The position numbers were made by a program, and so were the translations under genes. A DNA stretch of 64,000 nucleotides from Eledone cirrhosa. Its lineage: Eukaryota. Below the pieces are notes generated by a model. That model did no database searches. It saw nothing but the letters and a program-made list of their open reading frames with translations, and had not been told where the DNA came from. The stretch's first letter is position 1, and each line of letters opens with the position of its first letter. Below are positions 1 through 13,762 of the stretch, in pieces. The stretch covers positions 287,556,001-287,620,000 of the forward strand of contig OZ024741.1 of assembly GCA_964016885.1 (NCBI GenBank), in the 5' to 3' direction.

Positions 1-88
1 ATACATACATACACACACACACATACATACATACATACACATACATACATACATACATACATACGCACACATACATACATACATACAT

Positions 89-121
<33 letters not shown>

Positions 122-371
122 TACATACATACATACATACACACATACATACGTACATACATACATACATACATACATACATACATACATACATACATAC
201 ATACACATACACAACATACATACATACATACATACATACATACATACATACATACATACATACATACATACATGCATACATATATACACACATACATACA
301 CACACACATACATACATACATACACATACATACATACATACACAAACACATACATACATACATACATACAT

Positions 372-402
<31 letters not shown>

Positions 403-482
403 TACATGCATACACACATACATACGTACATATATACATACATACATACCTACATACATACATACATACATATATACATATA
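1..482. repeat. (CATA)n/(CA)n microsatellite
   Basis: Direct reading; explains the HTYI-repeat ORF at 272-547. Confidence 0.97.
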
Positions 483-550
483 TGATGGCTGTCCCCTCGT
501 TATCGAGTATGGCCATTGCACGATATAACATTATTAATAATTATTAATTA

Positions 551-738
551 ATTGTTTCTACTTTAGGCACAAGTCCAGCAATTACTCAGTGCATGACTGG
601 TACTTTATTTTATCGACCCCGTAAGGATGAAAGGCAAAGTCAACCTCGGCGGGATTTGAACTCAGATCGTAAAGGGACGTAACTATGCTGGAAAGCATGG
701 CGTCCGACCTTTTACCGATAGTGCCAATCCACTAATCC
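551..738 (-). mobile_element. tRNA-derived SINE, family A
   Basis: Reverse complement has a Pol III B-box-like GAGTTCAAATCCC followed by GCCGAGGTTGACTTTGCCTTTCATCC; about 10 copies in the window. Confidence 0.8.
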
Positions 739-1000
739 ATTAATAATTATTAATTAATGCTATCGTGCAATGCCTGTGCGTGAAGATTTTTTTAAGTGAG
801 GAAAGACTGTGCACTGAGCTAATCCCACTCTCTGAGCGACAGTAGCTATAACCCGAAAAGAAGAAAAGATCAACATCATCGGAAAAAACTGAGCCGCAGG
901 ATTTGTTGCCTTGTCCTAGAAGAATTGCCTTGTCATAGAAGAATACCCTGACAAAGGCTAGGGGTCCTTCACTACATACATACATACATATTAAAAAATA

Positions 1001-1378
1001 ATTGTTTCTACTTTTGGCACAATGCCAGCAAATACCCAGTGTATTACTGGTACTTTATTTTATCGACTCCGTAAGGATGAAAGGCAAAGTTAACCTCGGC
1101 GGGATTTGAACTCAGAATGGCAAGGGCCGTAACTCTATGCGTCAAAGCATGGCGTCCGACCCTCTACCGATACTGCCAATCCACAATGGCTGATTTGGGG
1201 AGGGGAAATTCGATTAAATCGACCCCAGTGCGTTACTGGTAATTTATTTTACCAACACCGTAAGGATGAATGGCAAAGCTAACCTCGGCGGGATTTGAAC
1301 TTAGAACGTAAAGGACCGTAACTCTATATCACAAAGCATACTGTCTGACGCTCTAACGATTCTACCAATCCACGGCCC
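1001..1378 (-). mobile_element. Two tandem family A SINE copies
   Basis: Same core (gtaaggatgaa.ggcaaag..aacctcggcgggatttgaact) at ~1070 and ~1260. Confidence 0.8.
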
Positions 1379-1462
1379 TTTTGTTAATGATCGAACAACG
1401 CTGGCTTTCAACAGCTTGTTCAACTTAAAAGCAAGTCATAGTTAATCATTTTATCTCGTGTT

Positions 1463-1640
1463 AGGCGCAATGGACAGGATTGTTAGAGTATCGAACCAAA
1501 TATTTACAGTATTTATTTCGGTTCTTTACTTTTTGACCTCATCTTTGCCTTTTAACCTTCCGGGATCGAAAAAATGCACTAGTTAAATACTGGAGTGGAT
1601 TTAGTCTTTTCCTACCAAATTGCTAAATTAGAAACAATCC
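1463..1640 (+). mobile_element. Degenerate family A SINE
   Basis: ctttgccttttaaccttccgggatcga...aattagaaacaat matches the other copies in forward orientation. Confidence 0.55.
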
Positions 1641-2204
1641 TATAATGTTTCGTTTCATTTTGGGGTAATCTACACGAAATGTTCGAAAGATATCTGTTAG
1701 AAAGTAAAAGGTTTCGCGATTGTTTAGTTGGTAGAGTTACGTGTTGTTTCTAATTTTCTTCCAGTGTAAGAAATCAATAATTCTGTTGAAAATGAGCAGT
1801 TCTTATATCATATAATAAAGATGGCTTCTCTTTTTTTTTTTTTTTTTCAATGAATTACCAACTAATACACTTTCACGTAGCTGTTCGACATAGTAAAAAT
1901 GGCTGCCGTATCACCCTCGAATCACAGCATCACTGTCTTATTTAACGGTTCATTAAATTCAGTGAATTCCCTGAGCATAGGAGAAAGAAAGGAATGGTTA
2001 CAGCTGGCATGCTTTCAATCACAGATAACTTGGGGCTAAATATTAACGAGAGATATGTTGCTCCACCGTCTAGAAATAGCAACAAAATACCCCTCAAATC
2101 ACACTTTTACTGTCGTAGAAAAAGGAACACTAAACAATGTTGTCCTGGATTCTCTGTCACAACTGGAATGCTTGACATATGCTTCATCAGGGTTGACTCA
2201 GCAC

Positions 2205-2245
2205 TAAACAACAACTACTACTGTAACAACAACTACAACAACAAT

Positions 2246-2286
<41 letters not shown>

Positions 2287-2287
2287 T

Positions 2288-2321
<34 letters not shown>

Positions 2322-2422
2322 ACTACTACTACTGCTGCTGCCGCTACAACAACTACTACAACAACTGCTTCAACAACTACAACATCTACAACTACTACAA
2401 CAACATATGCTACAACAACAAC
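2205..2422. repeat. Compound (CTA)n/(CTG)n/(CAA)n triplet repeat
   Basis: Direct reading. Confidence 0.95.
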
Positions 2423-3549
2423 CGCAGAACTTCTATGTGGTCGTTAGATCTGTTAGAAATGTCAGTCAAATCTCATGTAGCACATATTGGATAAGATAGT
2501 CGTGGACACAATATCTGAATAAAACCGGGAAGTTTGGCTGGAATGTCTTTGATCATAGTTCTTTTGATGCGATGATTATCTGAACAAAAATGAAATCGGG
2601 AACTCTTATAACGAAAACAAAATTAATCTAACGACTCTGCTAATTCGCCAACTTGGATTATATATATTGAAATTAAAAAATTAATCTCGCCTCACCGAAA
2701 CCTGGATATTCAGGTTTCTTTATGTCCTATACAGAAAATTAAAGAGTGACAAAACCTATCTAGGAATTAATTTTGTCAACTACTGCTATGCCTTAATAAG
2801 TATATTTTTATGTTTTTGTTTTTTTTTTCTTTTATAACGGTCCCCGTTACTGTAATAAGGATGTTGACTTTAGTATCGCAGTTAGAATAGATAGTGCTTT
2901 CATATTTGTGGTAAATTCCTGTAAAGAAAGAAAAATATTTAAAACAATTTAATGAAAAGTATCACCTCGAGAGCATTATAGCAAGACATGTCACGTTTCT
3001 GTGGTCAAATGTCTGTAATAAGTACCTTATCCAATGGCATGATCAGAAAGCTTTCTATATCTCTCTGTAGAGAAAGAGATATTGTCACAATTTAATTTTA
3101 ACTAATAGTCATCCCTAGAACATTAATTGAATAGGATTTGCGTTTGGGGTTAAATGAATGTCAGAAAGCTTTCCATATATCTCTGGCTCTGGTGAATATC
3201 TGGGTAGAGAGAGATATATAGAGAGAGAATGAGAGAAGGGGGAGAGAGAGAGAGAAATAAATAAAGAAAGAAGAAGAAAGAAAGAAAGAAAGAAAAAAAG
3301 AAAAAAAGAAAGAAAAAAGAAAGAAAGAAAGAAAGAAAGAATGAAAGAAAGAAAGAAAGAAAGAACTAGAGAGAGATTGTATGTGTGTGAGGTGGGGGAA
3401 AAGATATATCTAAATTGTTTAATTAAAACATACATATGTAAATTGGTTACATTGTTAAGGTTAAGAGTAGAAAAATATCTCCTGTCTTTGTGGACTGTGC
3501 CGCAAGGTTTGGAGATAAAAATAATCTAGAAAAGAAAGACTGTATGGAG

Positions 3550-3728
3550 CAGGCATGTCAAGCATGCGGCCCTTTACAAGTACATCTGCGGCCCACAAAA
3601 AGGTTTTTACAGCCCGAGCTGTATAAAATATTAGTTGTAATGTGCGCAATTAGTTGTCATGTGTGGTCCTTAGACAACACATATGGGACCCATGTCGCCC
3701 TCGGGGGACCCTCAGTTTGACATGACTG
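3550..3728. mobile_element. Short hAT-like MITE
   Basis: Imperfect TIRs caggcatgtcaa / ttgacatgactg; subterminal gcggccc motifs; TSD not clean. Confidence 0.55.
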
Positions 3729-3806
3729 CTGTAGAGGATTTGCTGCGCAAGTATGTTTGTGAGTGCGTGTGTGTGTTATCATATGCATGTGTGTGTGTGT
3801 GTGTGT

Positions 3807-3870
<64 letters not shown>

Positions 3871-5316
3871 TTGAGAGTATGTGTGTGTTAGCATATGTAC
3901 AGGAGTGTTTGTGAGTGTGTGTTAGCATATGCGTGTGTGTGCGCGTATGCAAATATGTATCTTAACATGCGAGTGTGAGTTAGCAAGCCTACATGTGTTA
4001 GCCTGCGTGCGTGCGTGCGTGCGTGTATTAACATGGGTATGTATCTGTGTTGGCATGTGTGTATGTTCATGTGTGTATGCATGTAATTGTGTCTGTTAAC
4101 ATGCGTGTTTGTGAATTAGCATGCGTGCATGTCTTAACCTGCGTGTGCGTGTGTGTGTAAGTATGTTGGCATGTATGTTAACGTGTGTGCGTGTGTGTGT
4201 GCATGTAAATATGTATGTTAACATGCGTGTGTGTGAGTTAGCATGCGTACATGTGCTAGTCTGCGTGTATGTAATTGTGTGTGTTAACATGTGTTTGTAT
4301 GTTCATACATGTGTGTGTAGTCTTTTGGGGTGGGGGAAGGTGTCGGTGATCTACAGGGGTGGGGAAACGTACCGGTGGTCTACTGTGGTGGGGGCCCGTC
4401 TCGATGATCTACTGAGGTGGGGACACGTCTCGATGGTGATCACACAATATCTTCTTGAAAACAATTGGCTTTTTTGTGTTCCCATTATCACTCAATTTTC
4501 TTTGACAATAATAGTGTATCTAAAACGACTGTATCATATGAACTTGTTCTGTTTTATACAGTAATTTGAGGGTGATTTCATTGCTATGTTTAGTTGATTG
4601 ACTGACGATATTGCGGCTCAATCTTACGGTGACCTCCACGAACTTAAATAATTTTGCCGATAATCGAACATAATCACTTAAATTCTCTGAGCTGGAAGAA
4701 ATCAATACAGTTAAAACGACAAATGTCATATATGAGATTGTCACGTTGGGAATATAATAATCAAACGTTTCTTGTAACATAGCCCTCCATTAGAAAAATC
4801 AAAGAATGATCGATACTGCAAGTATCATATTATCAAGGAGAGATTATCATATCCAATATAATTGAAGTTTTCAACAGTTTTTGTTTTGTTTAGTTTTGTT
4901 ATTTTTCAGTTTTCTGTTGTCAATTATGTCGTCCACTTATGTCAGAAACATCGTTTTTTGCTAAAATATTCAAGAAGATTTCGCCATTTTCCGAAAGACG
5001 AATAATTCCTTGTGTAAGGAATTGCTACAGATGTGTTATGTTGTTTACTCTATAAATGATATTTGGCGACAGACATTCTACCTATGTATTTGTCTGTAGA
5101 GAGGAAAAATACTGACAAACCACGTGCTACGCAATATCACATTCAATTCAAAATGTATACTTCTTTAACGTACTTTTGGATGGACAATATACTTCAGCCG
5201 AATTGCAATGCAAACAGATAACATTACTATTATATATATATGTGCGTGTGCGTGTGTGTGTGTGTGTGTGTATGTATGCGTGCGTGTATGTGTGTGTGTG
5301 TGTGTACATATATATG

Positions 5317-5446
<130 letters not shown>

Positions 5447-5565
5447 AAATATTGATGCAATTCCATTCAAGAACTCATCGTACTTTATCCGCATAGGAAT
5501 GACGTAGTATTTATAGAATAATGAAATACAAAGTAGTTTACATGTTAAAATTCCTTTATTGAAAG

Positions 5566-5643
5566 GCTGTTATATATATTTCGATGACATCAGAGGAGAC
5601 GTAATTCCGTATTAAATTCAGTGCCATGATCTCATCAGACAGC
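5566..5643 (-). ncRNA. Type I hammerhead ribozyme motif
   Basis: Minus strand: gctgt CTGATGA [long stem II, atggca/tgtcat] GAAA tatata TA acagc; stem I gctgt/acagc pairs perfectly. Confidence 0.7.
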
Positions 5644-5791
5644 TTCTTACATAATAAGGTTACTTTATTAGGCAATCCAAGTTCGAAGTGACAAGAGAAC
5701 GGCCGAACACGATGTTTTTGCTTCAATAACGGCCTTTCAAGAAAGGAATTTTAATATCTAAACTACTTTGTATTTCATTATTCTCTCTCTC

Positions 5792-5824
<33 letters not shown>

Positions 5825-5922
5825 ACATATGCGCGGTGGGGGGTGAGCATGCGCATGTAAAACTATGGTAGCATACGCGCGCATCTGGCTTATGTATATT
5901 TTAAATAGGAAGAACGACAGAC

Positions 5923-5988
<66 letters not shown>

Positions 5989-6169
5989 ACATACATTGAA
6001 CACCATTCTACCTGCTTATCTCATTTTTTTATGATCTAGTTCATTTTTACTTCACTACAAAACGTACTGTCATAAAAAAACGATATTAAGATTTATCAAT
6101 GGAAATGAAATCACTCGTAGTAAAACCCAAATGTCTGTAAATAACGGTGTGTGTATGTATGCATGTATG

Positions 6170-6212
<43 letters not shown>

Positions 6213-6286
6213 TCATATATATACATTCATATATATATATACAATCATATATATAAATATATATAGACACACACACATATATATAC

Positions 6287-6359
<73 letters not shown>

Positions 6360-6382
6360 TATGCATACGCACACATACACAC

Positions 6383-6413
<31 letters not shown>

Positions 6414-6843
6414 CGCGTGTGTGTGTGTGCGTGTGTGTGTGTACATATACATATATATATACACACATTTACTCCAGGAACAGAGAAAATGCTTTCCGTA
6501 AAAATATATAAAAAGATGAAAAGAAATATTGGAAACTCGTTTCTTGGAGGTTTTCTTGTTCATGTAAAAAAGAACATTAAAAAAGTATGGGATGTTCACG
6601 TTGTTTTAGATGTTCGGTTAGATTAACATTAAGAAACAATGTGAAAACTAGAGAAAGGAAGCCCAAATAAGTGAATATGACAAAAGCAAGCAGCGTCAAA
6701 AGGCTTGTGTTGTGGTAGTAACTTACATACGTAATCACTTACATAGTAATAACTTACATAGTCTAGTTTCTAGACTACGTTTACAAAACTACTAAATTAC
6801 AGTCATCACTTGCAGTCAAGTATGGCCTGGTAGTATGTACTAC

Positions 6844-7142
6844 TACTTTCGGTAAGGGTTTTAGGTGCAGAGACCCGGACGGGACAAGTACCATGCTTTC
6901 CCTAAGGGTTTTTGGTGGGAAGACCCGGAAGGAACAAGTACCATGCTTTCGTTAAGGGTTTTATGTGGGGGAGACCCGGAAGGAATAAGTACCATGCTCT
7001 CTCTCTAGGGGCTTTAGGTTCAGGGACCCAGAAGGAACAAGTGCCATGCTTTCGATAAGGATTTTAGGTGGAGAAACCCGAAAGGAACAAATACCATCCT
7101 TTCGCTAAAGGTTTTCGGTGCAGAGGCCCGGAAGGAACAAAT
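6844..7142. repeat. ~51-bp minisatellite, ~6 diverged copies
   Basis: agacccggaaggaacaagtaccatgctttcg..aagggtttt recurs at ~6871, 6921, 6972, 7024, 7074, 7124. Confidence 0.85.
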
Positions 7143-7779
7143 ATCCAGCGTTCTAACGACTCTCCCAAACCGATCATCTTCCTTAAAATTAACAAAGTAG
7201 GAATGTGCGAGTGTGTAAAACATTTTAATTGATAACAAAATTTAATTGGCATCTTGGTATATATATATATATGTATATATGTATGTATGTATATGTGTGT
7301 GACGCCCGAACGAGTATCCTCCTCCTCCAACTATCTTAACCACCGCCTCTTGATCCCGACCGACAATGTCAAGTTTCCAGGTAGAAATCCTCTGTAATAT
7401 GATTCTGCTTGTCATGAAATGTACTCCAATGTTATTCGTAAAACCACCTTAAATATGGAACGAAATCGCAGATATAATTGAAATATTTAACATAATGAAA
7501 CAGTGTTATAAAGATGATAAACCGCTCTGCTACACACACACAAATAAAAAAATATATTTCTCTTTTCTACCCTGCCACCACCATTGCCACCACTATCGAC
7601 ATAAACATTCAATTTATTTCAATAGAAAGTCTGAATTTTGACACCTCAGCATAACATCAGCCAAACTCACTGAACCAGGACTATTTCTCACCTTCCCATT
7701 TCTTTGTTTGGCACAAAACTTTCTATGACAAACCATCCTTTTCTGGCATCTATATTATATGGCCAATCATGTGACGATC

Positions 7780-7962
7780 TGGCGTGAAATTTGATGTACT
7801 TATTCACGTGACAGTCATCAACCAGCCAAATAACACTTTTAGAAACAACAATTTGAGCCACATTTTTAAGGCAAATACAATACGAACTTTGGAACACGAA
7901 CTGGCGCGAAATTTATTGTACTTATTCCCGTAACAGTCATCAAGCAGCCAAATTACTTTTTT
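7780..7962. repeat. Diverged direct duplication (~121-bp spacing)
   Basis: ctggcg.gaaattt..tgtacttattc.cgt.acagtcatcaa.cagccaaat at 7780 and 7901. Confidence 0.75.
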
Positions 7963-8221
7963 AAAAAAAACGGCAATTCGAGCCACTCTTTCCACATAAT
8001 ACAGAAAGAACTTTCGAACACAAACCAGATGCGAGATAAACCACAAACCTTCCATCTCAATTTTACTTTTAAAAAGCATAAGAACTGTGAAACCGGTAAA
8101 GGAAATGTTCTTAAAAAGATTCCAGTTGCATTTTCTATTTCTTTTCCTTATACTTTAGCCCGTGTAGGACATCTCGTTTTTTTCTTTTTCTTTTGTTTAT
8201 TTATTTTAAAAAATCATTTTG

Positions 8222-8270
<49 letters not shown>

Positions 8271-9118
8271 CAAATTATAAACGTAAACATGTAAGTATGT
8301 TTTTGAAACGGTGCGCGAGTTTGAAATTAGAAATTAGAAATTATAAGCTTTCACCGTATTTTAGACTAAAGAAATTTCTAGCCTGATAGTGGGGTTTATA
8401 ACCCTCGGAGAAATGGAAAAAGATGAGTGTTGTGTACATAGATATTTATATATGAAAAATGACGAGCTGTGTTGTTGCAAATAGGATAGTAGACCACTGA
8501 TGACGGATATTCCTGGTTTCTATTTCTAATTCTTCATTTATCATATATATCCTAAATGCAACAACACAGCTCGCCATTTTTCATTCATATATGCTTTCCC
8601 CTTCGATGTGACCTGTCTTTTTCTCTTCCCTTACTGCTATCCTCTTTATCTCTCCCCCTTCTCTCTCCTTCTCCCTCTCACTTTCAATCACCCCCTCTGC
8701 TAGTCACCCTCTCTCGGCTAGCCTCTTCCTCACACTTTCACTCACCCACTCTCTGCTACTCACCCTCTCTCTCATTTCCTCCATCGTCCCACACCGTACG
8801 AGATTCTTTTCTCGCTCATATTCGCACGGCCAAGATGTGTCTTTTGCCTTTTCGTCAATATTCGCAAGTTCTTTTGTTAAAAATGAATTATTGCCTTGAT
8901 TTTCTCAATTTTTCCTGTCTTTACGTTGCCTCACCATTCGTGTTTGTTTACCTGTCTCTCTTTCTCCACCCAACCCTTTTTATCCCAATAACTTAATTTA
9001 TTTATTGTATCGCCCTAGCTTGAGGTATATGGTATGTAATGCGAAGAAATACCTATCATGGCTAGTAGACCACTGATGACAGATATTCCTGGCTTCTATT
9101 TCTAATTCTTCATTTATT

Positions 9119-9164
<46 letters not shown>

Positions 9165-9168
<4 letters not shown>

Positions 9169-10760
9169 TTTCTGAATTTGTTTAACAAGATTCTTTATCT
9201 GAAATCGTCTGTTGAAACCGATATTGTTATACTTTGGGAGGGTCATGTTGCCAATAAGAAACACACGCACCAGTTGCTTTCACTTCAATTTATTATAATA
9301 AATTTATAAATTTCTGGTTGGTTGGTTGGTTGGTTCCACAACCAGATAGTTGTTTATATATAGTCATAGTTCTTTCGTCACACACTCTGTGACCTCTTCA
9401 GTGACTGGGGATTCCTTTCTTTGTTTCTGTGCCTCTCCTTTGTTCTGTCCTACGCCATTTTGTTTCTGTGTGTGTGTTGTGTGCTCAGTCTGCGCATGCG
9501 CCACATCCGGGTGTCTGTGTGTGTTTATGTTCATTTATTTATTTGTTTATTTACATGTTACTGGTTGGTTGTTTGTTCTATGTGTGTGTGTGTTTTCATT
9601 TTGTCCTTAATTGTAAGTTGTGATGTTGCTGTTCCACTCATATTTTCTATTTAATTTTGGTTGTAATTCTTTTATGTTTATTGCCTCTGTAATTTGACTA
9701 AACATTGCGTCTTTTCTGTGTGTAGATTCTATTTTTATTTCTATGTTCTCTAATTTACCCTTGTGTTCTATTTTAGCATGTTGGTTGAGTACAGATGATT
9801 CTTTATTATCTTGAAGGTCTCGCCAGTGTTCATTTAACCGTTCCCCTACACTACGAGCTGTCTCACCTATGTACACTATATTTTTATCTCTACATTGTCT
9901 TTCAGTACATCTTATGCTATACACTACATTTCTAGTTTTACAGTTAATATGGGGGCTTATTTTACAGGTTATACATTTCTTATCTATACATGAGGGTCTT
10001 TGAAAAGGGTATGTCTTGCTAATAAGTGTTTTTACGGAGGTACCTGGTCTTTCTACTATCTTAATATTGAGTTTATGTTTATTTAGGGCCCTTCTAAATT
10101 TGTAAGCTAATTCACCTCTAGGGGTTGTATCGATGAACATTACACTCTGGTATTTATTGCTATCATACCATGAGTTTATTCTATTAGCCTTGTTCCTAGT
10201 TCTTTCTATTCTATTCCAAAATTTGCTCCTATACAAGGGGCAGGTCCCATTTATGTCATTATTTACCATTTTTTCCCATTTGGTTCTGGCTCCTCTATAC
10301 ACTCTGATTTTATCTCTCTGATTGTAGCCAGAGAACTGCATACGGTGGATGAAGTGTTGTATGTGTCTCTCTAGTTCTTCGGGGTTGCACATGCGGGACA
10401 CATTTCTCATCACCCGTACCAAATCCGCAATCAGTATGTTGATTTTGGTATGGTCCGAAACGGCCGAGTTTCGGTGGATCAGATGTTTGGAAGTCATGGG
10501 TTTGGCATAATGGGAATGGAGGATTTGTTTTTGGTTGTTAATGGTATCTAACCAGAGCTCTGTGTCTAGTACAGGTAATCGATGGTTGGGGTGTTTACTT
10601 GGGTAGTCTATAGTAACTCTAATGCTCTGGTGGATGGAGTTAGCTATTTGCTGGATGCTTTCCATTGTGTTTTTCTCTAGTTCCTGACTGTTCTCTAGTG
10701 GGGTGTCTTAACTACGATGTTTATATCATCTACGTAGCGGGCGGGAGTACATTATCAGGG
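9165..10760 (-). mobile_element. Penelope-like element, family P1 (5'-truncated): RT C-terminus, GIY-YIG and 3' pLTR
   Basis: ORF 9607-10665 has LPVLD and HYAKP (RT thumb), a Cys-rich linker, VVYSIRC...YIGETARS..ERLNEH and ITEAINIKELQPKLNRK (GIY-YIG); RYVDD upstream at ~10727-10741; hammerhead in the 3' UTR. Confidence 0.9.
9362..9406 (-). ncRNA. Hammerhead ribozyme in the P1 pLTR (sense to the ORF)
   Basis: agtca CTGAAGA ggtcaca gagtg tgtgac GAAA gaac TA tgact. Confidence 0.8.
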
Positions 10761-10939
10761 TTAAGGGGTCTTCTAATTGTTCTTTAAGTTTAAGTTTAAG
10801 TCTACTGTCCCACCGTATAAATAAGTATTATTTAAACATTACAAAAATTATAAAAATATAAACATATTACAGAATTTACAAAATTTAACATAAGGGTACA
10901 TCAATATCAAATAATGAACATAGTATAATATACATAATA

Positions 10940-11200
10940 CCCTGAGCTGGAAGTCCAGTAGGGATAGGGATCCGCGGTCATCGGGGTGTTCCATGCTGAA
11001 CTATATACTGGCGTCCATGCTGGAGAATGTTGTGTATATTTTATCTGCCTCCTCACGGGATGATGTAAGGATGAGTATGTGATCTACATATCGGGTGAAG
11101 AAGGTATGGGAATGGCAGGTGTTGAGGGCTCGGCATTCTAGCTGGTTCATATAGGTGATGGCCAGCAGGCTCGATAAGCTGGATCCCATGGGAAAGTAGA
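10940..11200 (-). pseudogene. Penelope-type RT core fragment (different family)
   Basis: FPMGSSLSSLLA..YM..LE...FTRYVD(H)IL... then FSMEHPDDRGSLSLLDF. Confidence 0.75.
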
Positions 11201-11238
11201 AACAATATATACCTATATATTGATATATATATGTATAT

Positions 11239-11462
11239 GTGAAGGCGCGTGGCTGAGTGGTAAGAAAATTGAATTCGCAATCGTGAGGTTGTGAGTTCGA
11301 TTCCTGGACCGGGCGATGCGTTATGTCCTTGAGCAAGACACTTTATTTCACGTTGCTCCTTCTACCTGGAGTTGCGACCGGTAGATAGTATTAGCAAATG
11401 GAAAGACCAAAGGAAACGTTGTTTCCTCGGACCGATTTGACGAAAGTCGATCGACCTCTTTT
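11239..11462 (+). mobile_element. tRNA-derived SINE, family B
   Basis: A-box TGGCTGAGTGG, B-box GTTCGATTCC, then gtccttgagcaagacacttt; related copies at 29465-29605(-) and 33803-34080(+). Confidence 0.85.
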
Positions 11463-11514
11463 TCTCTTATATATATGTACGTGTGTGTGTGTATTATATA
11501 TATATATATATATA

Positions 11515-12314
11515 TTGTTATATTTATGGAGGGTCATATTGTTATAATATTGCCAGAAATAATGATGAAACACTCACTGTTTGGTTTGGTTTGGTTTGGT
11601 TTGGTTTGGTTTTGGCTTCTGTATATTTTATATTCCCATAGTTAATTTAGCTGGCAATCAATGTTTATCATTGACTGACCAACGGTTAAACATATAAATT
11701 TAAATATATATATATAGTCTATCAAAGTTCTTTCCTCACACACCTGTGATACTATTATGTTTCCTCCCGTTGTATTGTAATATCTACTCCATTTTTATTT
11801 TCATTTATTTATTTATTTATTATTGTCTCTGTTTGTGTGTGTGTTTTCTGTTTGGTGTGTGTTTGTGTCTGAGTCTGTGTGTGTTTGTATTCTATCTTTA
11901 TTCACTAGTGTGTGTTTATGTGTGGTTGTTGTTATTGTACCTGTGTATATTTATTTACTTATATTTATCTTAGGTCAGTATTGTGTGTTTGTGTTTGGTT
12001 GTTGTTGTTATTCCATTCATTTTTTTTCTGTTTAACTTTCGTTTTCTAAGTTCTATTTCAGTTTCTTCTCTGATTTGTCTACCTGTTGAGTCATTTCTAT
12101 GTTTAGATATTATTTTAATTTCTATATTATCTATACTGCCATCATATCTTTGTCTGGCGTGTTCATATAATACTGAACCGTCTTTTTGTCCTTTTAGTTC
12201 CCCCCAGTGTTGGTCTGTATTCTCTCCCCTATATTTCGAGCTGTCTCACCTATGTATGTCGTTGTCATGTTTCTGCAAGTACCCTCTGTATATCTTATGC
12301 TATAGAGTACATTT

Positions 12315-12315
<1 letters not shown>
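11515..12315 (-). mobile_element. Degenerate 3' fragment of a P1-related Penelope element
   Basis: Collinear similarity with 9225-9920 (gagctgtctcacctatg = YIGET; ggagggtcat terminus). Confidence 0.7.
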
Positions 12316-12356
<41 letters not shown>

Positions 12357-12436
12357 ATAAATTAACGGAGGCATAGGCCGTCGTTATTCCCTGTAAATAA
12401 TGTGCTCAAAGGAGAAGAGATCCTGAGCCCTTTAAA

Positions 12437-12797
12437 ATATAATATGTTGAGAAGGTAACACACCAGAGAGAGATATATAGTGCGTTATCAATAATACAGG
12501 GAAAAAACCACCAGTGTATGGAATCTATAACCTATGAAAGGCAGACTATAGACACGATAATTAAAAATATAAATTAAAGACCATTTCTTTCAACAAATTT
12601 TTTGGTAAAACATATCTTTGGATTTGTACGTGTGTTATATAGTTATAAAGGTATTTATTTACGCTTTAATTTATATTTTTAATTATCGTGTCTATAGTCT
12701 GCCTTTCATAGGTTATAGATTCCATACACTGGTGGTTTTTTCCCTGTATTATTGATAACGCACTATGTATCTCTCTCTGGTGTGTTACCTTCTCAAC

Positions 12798-12806
<9 letters not shown>
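12437..12806. repeat. Long inverted repeat, 143-bp arms, 84-bp spacer
   Basis: 12437-12579 is the reverse complement of 12664-12806 with one mismatch seen; right arm runs into (TA)n. Confidence 0.93.
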
Positions 12807-12853
<47 letters not shown>

Positions 12854-13022
12854 TATAGTTTGGTTGAAGAATTGTATATAATATATAACGTTGAAAGAGA
12901 TAGAAGGCTAAACCATGCAAAATGAACTGTAAGATGAGGCAACGAAAAGTAAAAGTTACCTGCTAATCTTTGTTTTCTTTTTCTTCTTCTTCTTCTTCTT
13001 CTTCTTCTTCTTCTTCTATCTG

Positions 13023-13060
13023 TCCAATATTTCGGGACCTAAAAGTCCCTTCATCAGGGT
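13023..13060 (-). ncRNA. Minimal hammerhead motif
   Basis: cc CTGATGA agggac ttttag gtccc GAAA ta TT gg; stems I and III very short. Confidence 0.55.
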
Positions 13061-13327
13061 TTAAGGAACTTTCAGTGGATAAAGTTCAATTTCCTTTCTT
13101 TGGGATAAAATTTTGATTTTGATTTAAATTTTTTCTATGTCGTTTTCAAGCGTTTTTTTTTTGTATGTGTGGTTATGTTGTAGTTAATTTGCTTTCCCAG
13201 TTAAATTATGTCAATTGCTGGTCCGCGCCAACCGTCTTCCGCGGTAATGTATTATCCATCCTGTCAGCCGGGGCCAAAAGGTGGATGGAAACATAGCTAG
13301 AGGTGGAGGATACTCGTTCGGACGTCG

Positions 13328-13387
<60 letters not shown>

Positions 13388-13392
13388 ATCTT

Positions 13393-13477
<85 letters not shown>

Positions 13478-13762
13478 TTGACTGACGCTATAATCCAGTC
13501 AAGTCAGACGATCTATAATAGTTGTTTTTTTTCATTACATATGATAAATTTAAATTACTCCTCACTCACTGTTAAACATATCCACTGATTTTACATTTTT
13601 TATTACGGTGAATCTTGACATCTTTATGTCTCGTTTAATACAAGCATTTTATCTCAAGTCTTGACAAACGAAATAATTAAATTTTTTCATTTGTGTATTT
13701 ATTGCCAATAACTTTAAACTTGATTTTTTTCGATCTGATGTTTATAGCTATATTTTTTATAG

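Noticed and set aside
11239-11320. tRNA gene
   Set aside because: A and B boxes are present but there is no convincing cloverleaf, and it continues into a SINE body found elsewhere in the window
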